A stretch of DNA of 64,000 nt from Mobula hypostoma. Lineage: Eukaryota. Below the pieces are notes generated by a model. It was not told the DNA's origin. It saw only the letters and a program-made list of their open reading frames with translations, and did not search any database. Shown here in pieces: positions 59,105-64,000 of this stretch. The stretch spans positions 112,904,001 through 112,968,000 of the forward strand of contig NC_086107.1 of assembly GCF_963921235.1 (NCBI RefSeq). Reading direction: 5' to 3'. Numbering within the stretch: the first letter of the stretch is position 1; every line of letters starts with the position of its first letter. The position numbers and the translations under genes are program-made.

Positions 59105-59904
59105 ATCAGGTCAAGTCAAGTCAAGTTCATTGTCATTTTCGACCATAAGCTGCTGGTACAGTACACAGTAAAAATGAAACCAGGTTCCTCCAGGACCCTG
59201 GTGCTACATGAAACAACACAGACCTACACTAGACTATGTGAGACAGCACAAGGCTACACTGGACTACGTAAAACAACATAAAAACTGCACTAGACTACAA
59301 ACCTGCACAGGACTACAAAAAGTGCACAAAACAGTGCAGGGCAGTACAATAATTAATAAACAAGACAATAGGCACTTATTCTTTTTGTTTACATGATTTG
59401 CTTTTTGTTCTTTTTGCCAATTGGTTGTTTGATGGTCTTCTTTTCAATGGGTTCTTTAGAGGGTATTTGTTTTGCGGCTGCCTGTAAGGAGACGAATGTC
59501 AAGGTTGCATAATGTATTCTTTGTACTTTGAACTTTGAACTTTGAGTGTGTGGGCTTGTTTTGCTGTTGCTGTTTGTGTTGTTCTGCTGAGCGTCGTGGG
59601 CATGCTATGTTGGTGCCAGAACGTGTGGCAACACTTGGCGGGCTGCCCCCAGCACATGCTCGGGGTGTGATGGTTGTTAACGCAAACGGCGCACTGCACA
59701 GATTGTTCTGATGTACCTGTGATTAATAGTGAGCAAATCTAAACCTTGCTGAGTGGGTGCCGTGGTCAGCATGGACTAGTCGGGCCGAAGGGCCTGTATC
59801 CTTGCTCTGAGGCTCCATAACAGGAAGAGTGAGAGGCAGAAAGAGAAGTTAAAGAACAGTGAAAGGTAGGAAGAGACGGAGAATGTGAGAGGTGAGGCAG
59901 AATG

Positions 59905-60305
59905 TCAGAGATTAAGGGAGCTGGGGCTTTACTCTTTGGAGAGAAGGAGGATGAGAGGAGACATGATAGAGGTGTACAAGATAATAAGAGGAATAGATAG
60001 AGTGGATAGCCAGCGCCTCTTCCCCAGGGAACCACTGCTCAATACAAGAGGACATGGCTTTAAGGTAAGGGGTGGGAAGTTCAAGGGGGATATTAGAGGA
60101 AGGTTTTTTACTCAGAGAGTGGTTGGTGTGTGAGATGCACTGCCTGAGTCAGTGGTGGAGGCAGATACACTAGTGAAGTTTAAGAGACTACTAGACAGGT
60201 ATATGGAGGAATTTAAGGTGGGGGGGGTATATGGGAGGCAGGGTTTGAGGGTCGGCACAACATTGTGGGCCGAAGGGCCTGTAATGTGCTGTTCTATGTT
60301 CTATG
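59905..60305 (+). mobile_element. CR1 3' fragment
   Basis: RLRELGLYSLERRRMRGDMIEVYK...FFTQRVV; (gttctat)n tail. Confidence 0.8.
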
Positions 60306-62219
60306 AAGAGAGAATACAAGGAGAGGAGACAGACATTTTAATGATGCATGCATGAGCAGACTGCTCTGTCGTGGACGTCCCAGCCCCGACTACGAAAGGA
60401 GGAGGGTGGGCACGGGCTAGCAACCCCATCCAGTAAAAACCCAGAGCTCAGGAACGCCAGCAGAAGTTCCAAGGGCTTCGTTCCCGGGAGAGGAAGGATC
60501 AGATGTCCTGGAAGGCGTATGGAGTCACGTGGTGAAAGCGAAAGCCCAGAGCCAGTCAGCCTTCGGTCCAGGACCGAGGATACTGGTGAGCTGCTGTTGG
60601 CAGCCTGCGCCCACATAGGGCTGATGGGCTCAAGAAGAAGGAGAAGATCAAGCGTAATCAGACAGAATCCTGAAGGACCGCAATCAGTGAGGAGTTGTCT
60701 GCATCTTGATATCTCTCAGTTCCTTTTGCCTAAGATTGGGGAAGCTGGACAGAGATTTCAGCATCTGGCTCAATCACAGCTCAGGACAGTGATCGTAGCC
60801 GCTGGTTCGAGTCACCGTCCTTGGAGTCCCGATGCTCTCGGAAGGGCCGCTGGGTCCCGATGCTCACGGAAATGTTATCAAAATTCTGAGATTTATGAAT
60901 TGGACTGTGATTCATACAGGCCGCTGTCAGTTCTATGTTTTATTGTGTTCTTGCTCATTCTTTCTAGTTGAGGATTTGCGGGCTGGGGCTTTGGGAGATT
61001 GGTTAGTTTTTGTCTGTGAGGGAGGAGGTGGGGTTTGGGGTTTGTGAGTTTTTGCTTATTTTTCTTCTCATGTGGGCAGGGATTGATGTCTTTCTTTCAA
61101 CTGCTTCTATGATTTTCTGTATTTTATGACTATCTGGAGAAGTTGAATCCTAGAGTTGTATTTTGTGTACATACCTTGCTAATAAAATGAACCTTTTGAA
61201 CCTTTGAAAGCTGGGTCCTCCAGTTCCTTTTGCCTGAGACTGGGGAGGCTGGACAGAGCTTGCAGTACCTGGCTATGATCACAGCTCAGGACTGTGGAAG
61301 CACAAGTGGAAACTTTGACAGGCTAAATGGAATTTATTCCCTCAACTCTGTCTGAATCACGTAAATTGCTAAGAGATGGGCCTCTCTCTGATGAAGGTGT
61401 GTGTTGCCAAGTCTTGTAGTTGTTTGTAAGATAAAGGGACTTTATTCCCTCAGATCTTCCCTGATCCAAGAAACTTTCTCTTCTCAACAAAAACTTCACA
61501 AGTCAAGTATCCACACATAAACACTTATAAATTATTTGGAAGTGTTAAAAAGGTAAAGAAGCACGTTTATTTGAAACAAAATGGTCATCCTGCATTCCAC
61601 AATTATTTCAGAAAGCAGTCAACTGAAATCCCATTCCAGCAGGTTGAGTACAAAGATGTCAGCTGACGTCGCTAAAGAAGGAAGCACAGAACCTCAACTT
61701 CTTTCACAATTCCCCCATTCTTCTTTGAGATGATGTCAAGAGGATCTCTTAGCACCTCTTTGAGGAGCAGAGGAGATCAAAGTCCTTAGATGTACATAAT
61801 ACCATCAGCTTTTCCTGGTCCGACTATGTAGACCAAGAAAGCACCTTTCTACGTCCTCAGAAGGCTAAGGAGCACCACAACACCACGTTCAGGAGCAGTT
61901 ATTACCCCTCATCTATCAAGCGCTTTAACCAGAGGGGATAACTTCACTCAGCCGATGTTCCCACTATGGAGAGTGCATCCATAGTGAAACCTATGGACTC
62001 ACTCTTCATCTCACGTTCTCAGTATTTACTGCTTATTTATTATTATTTTTATTTATTTTTTTCTCAGCTCAAGCTGGTAGAACCCAAGGTACAGGCATGG
62101 CCAACAACATTCATTTCTCGCAAACAACAGGAATTCTGCAGATGCTGGAAATTCAAGCAACATACATCAAAGTTGCTGGTGAACGCAGCAGGCCAGGCAG
62201 CATCTCTAGGAAGAGGCGC

Positions 62220-62255
62220 AGTCGACGTTTCAGGCCGAGATCCTTCGTCAGGACT
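62220..62255 (-). ncRNA. Minimal hammerhead ribozyme motif
   Basis: AGUC-CUGACGA-AGG(AUCUCGG)CCU-GAAA-CGUC-GACU inside a pLTR fragment (about 62120-62263). Confidence 0.6.
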
Positions 62256-62394
62256 AACTGAAGGATGTAGCTATTACTACTGAGACAACGTATACCCTTG
62301 TCCATGTTCCATAGTCTTTCAGTTTCCTCTTTTAGTTCAGCATATTTCTGGTTGCTTTTGCTTGTTTATCCTGTATTAGTATATTAATTTTATT

Positions 62395-62650
62395 TTTTTA
62401 TTGAGATACGAGCGGAATAGGCCCTTCTGGCTCTTCAAGCTGCACTGCCCAGCAATCCCCCGGTTTAATCCTAGCCCAATCTCAGGACGGTTTACAATGA
62501 CCAATTAACCTACCAACTGTGGGGAGGAAACTGGAGCACCTGGAGGAAACCCACGGGGAGAGCGTACAAACTCCTTACAGGCAGTGGCGGGAATTGAATC
62601 AGGGTCGCCAGTACGGTAAAACGTTGTGCGAACCGCTACGCTACCGTGCC
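62395..62650 (-). mobile_element. V-SINE-type tRNA SINE (representative copy)
   Basis: Conserved V-domain tgtggg.ggaaac.ggagcacc.ggaggaaacccac; other copies at about 11020-11255, 23150-23420, 25070-25250, 30715-30930, 34640-34900, 39090-39330, 49930-50110 and 56060-56195. Confidence 0.7.
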
Positions 62651-63027
62651 ACATTATCTGTACAGTTATTATGGATTGCCCCATCTGTAATAACAGCTCG
62701 GTCGTAATATAATTTGTGGGACTCCGACTCTAAAACTGGATCAGGCTTGTACTTACAGTAAGGTATGGGTTCTTTTACGAACATGAGATTCATTTTCTTG
62801 CGAGCATTAACAGTAAACACAAAGAAACAAAATGGAATCGATGGAAGACCGCACCCAACAAGACGGACAAACAACCATTGTGCAAAAGATAATACAATGT
62901 GTTGCTTTCCTGCGATTGTGTTCCGTGTTGATGTGCTGAGTTATGGGGAGGTCTTTACCTATGAAGGACTGGGCCGTGTTCGTTAGCTTTTGTCGTTCAA
63001 GGGCGTTGCTGTTACGATCCACTACAT

Positions 63028-63321
63028 TTTGTACTGGGTGGGCACAGGAGTACATTCAGCCAGAGACTCATTCCACCGAGATTCAGCACAGAGCATCATA
63101 GGAAGTCATTCCTGCCTGTGGCCATCAAACTTTACAACTCCTCCCTTGGAGGGTCAGACACCCTGAGCCAATAGGCTGGTCCTGGACTTATTTCCTGACA
63201 TAATTTACATATTATTATTTAATTATTTATGGTTTTATTACTATTTATTATTTATGGTGCAACTGTAACGAAAACCAATTTTCCCCGGGATCAATAAAGT
63301 ATGACAATGACTATGACTATG
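63028..63321 (+). mobile_element. Rex1/Babar-type LINE 3' fragment
   Basis: Near-identical to 17570-17866, including the (tatgac)n tail. Confidence 0.8.
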
Positions 63322-64000
63322 ATACCAGGCTGTGATTCAAGTATGCAATGCACTGTGCTAAAGTTCTACACGAGGAAGCATCATAACGTCATTATTAAGG
63401 TGCTCACCAAAATCCCAAATCCAGAGTAACGCACACAAAATGCTGGAGGAACTCAGCAGGTCAGGCAGCTTCAATGGAGAGGAGCCAACAGTTGACTTTT
63501 CAGGCCACGACCCTTCATGAGGACTCCTGATCAGCAGGACGCCGCCCGCCCCTGCTGAGTTCCTCCAGCATTCTGTGCGTGCTGCTCTGGATTTCCAGCA
63601 TCTGCAGAATCTCCTGTGTGAACCAAGTGCTGTTCGTCTGCACGCACCAATTTTTATTGCAGTAGAGGAGGCCATGGTCCGACTTGTCGGAATGTAATGG
63701 GTAGTTAAACAAGGGCAAAGAAAAGAATGGGAATAAATTAGTTTTATTTGTCACATGCACGTCGAAACATACAGCAAAATGTGTTGTTTGTTTCAATGAC
63801 CAACACAGTCTGAGCGTGTACTTGGGGCAGCCCGCAGGTGTTGCCAAGCTTTCAGTGCCAACATAGCACGCCCACAACTCACTAACCCTAACCTGTACGT
63901 CTTTGGAACGTGGGAGAAAACTGGAACACTCAGAGGAAAGTCTTGCTGGCAAATGTACAGTCTCTGGCAAATAAAATCAAAGAGCTAGATTGCTGTACCA

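Noticed and set aside
60348..60971. 207-aa ORF
   Set aside because: Spans adjacent GC-rich non-coding repeats; no recognisable domain or splice context.
57410..61860. A second host gene in the unique-looking stretches at about 57410-57830 and 61300-61860
   Set aside because: I found no exon with both splice sites and a recognisable translation; these may be regulatory DNA, but the sequence alone does not show it.

Overview
Vertebrate genomic DNA, not prokaryotic. The repeat content (CR1, Rex1/Babar, RTE/RTEX, L1/Tx1, Penelope-like elements, V-SINEs, Tc1 and hAT remnants) suggests a cartilaginous fish such as a ray or shark; this is inference. One host gene can be rebuilt by hand: a complete minus-strand tetraspanin of the TSPAN4/TSPAN9/CD53 group, closest to TSPAN4. 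It has 7 coding exons between 39466 and 10224, all with GT-AG phase-0 introns, giving a 714-nt CDS and 237 aa. A candidate promoter lies near 52.1-52.3 kb. Most other sequence is layered transposable-element DNA. Highlights: a 5'-truncated L1 with an uninterrupted ORF2 nested in a Tx1 fragment, both with 16-bp TSDs; Penelope-derived elements with minimal hammerhead-ribozyme motifs, some in inverted arrangements; an 18 x 42-bp minisatellite born inside a dispersed repeat; a perfect 39-bp fold-back hairpin; and a rearranged 5S rRNA pseudogene. I see no evidence for a wholly new multi-gene system. The best leads are the divergent TSPAN4-like paralogue and the hammerhead-bearing elements. Boundaries of degraded repeats are approximate, and family names come from recalled motifs, not from database searches.
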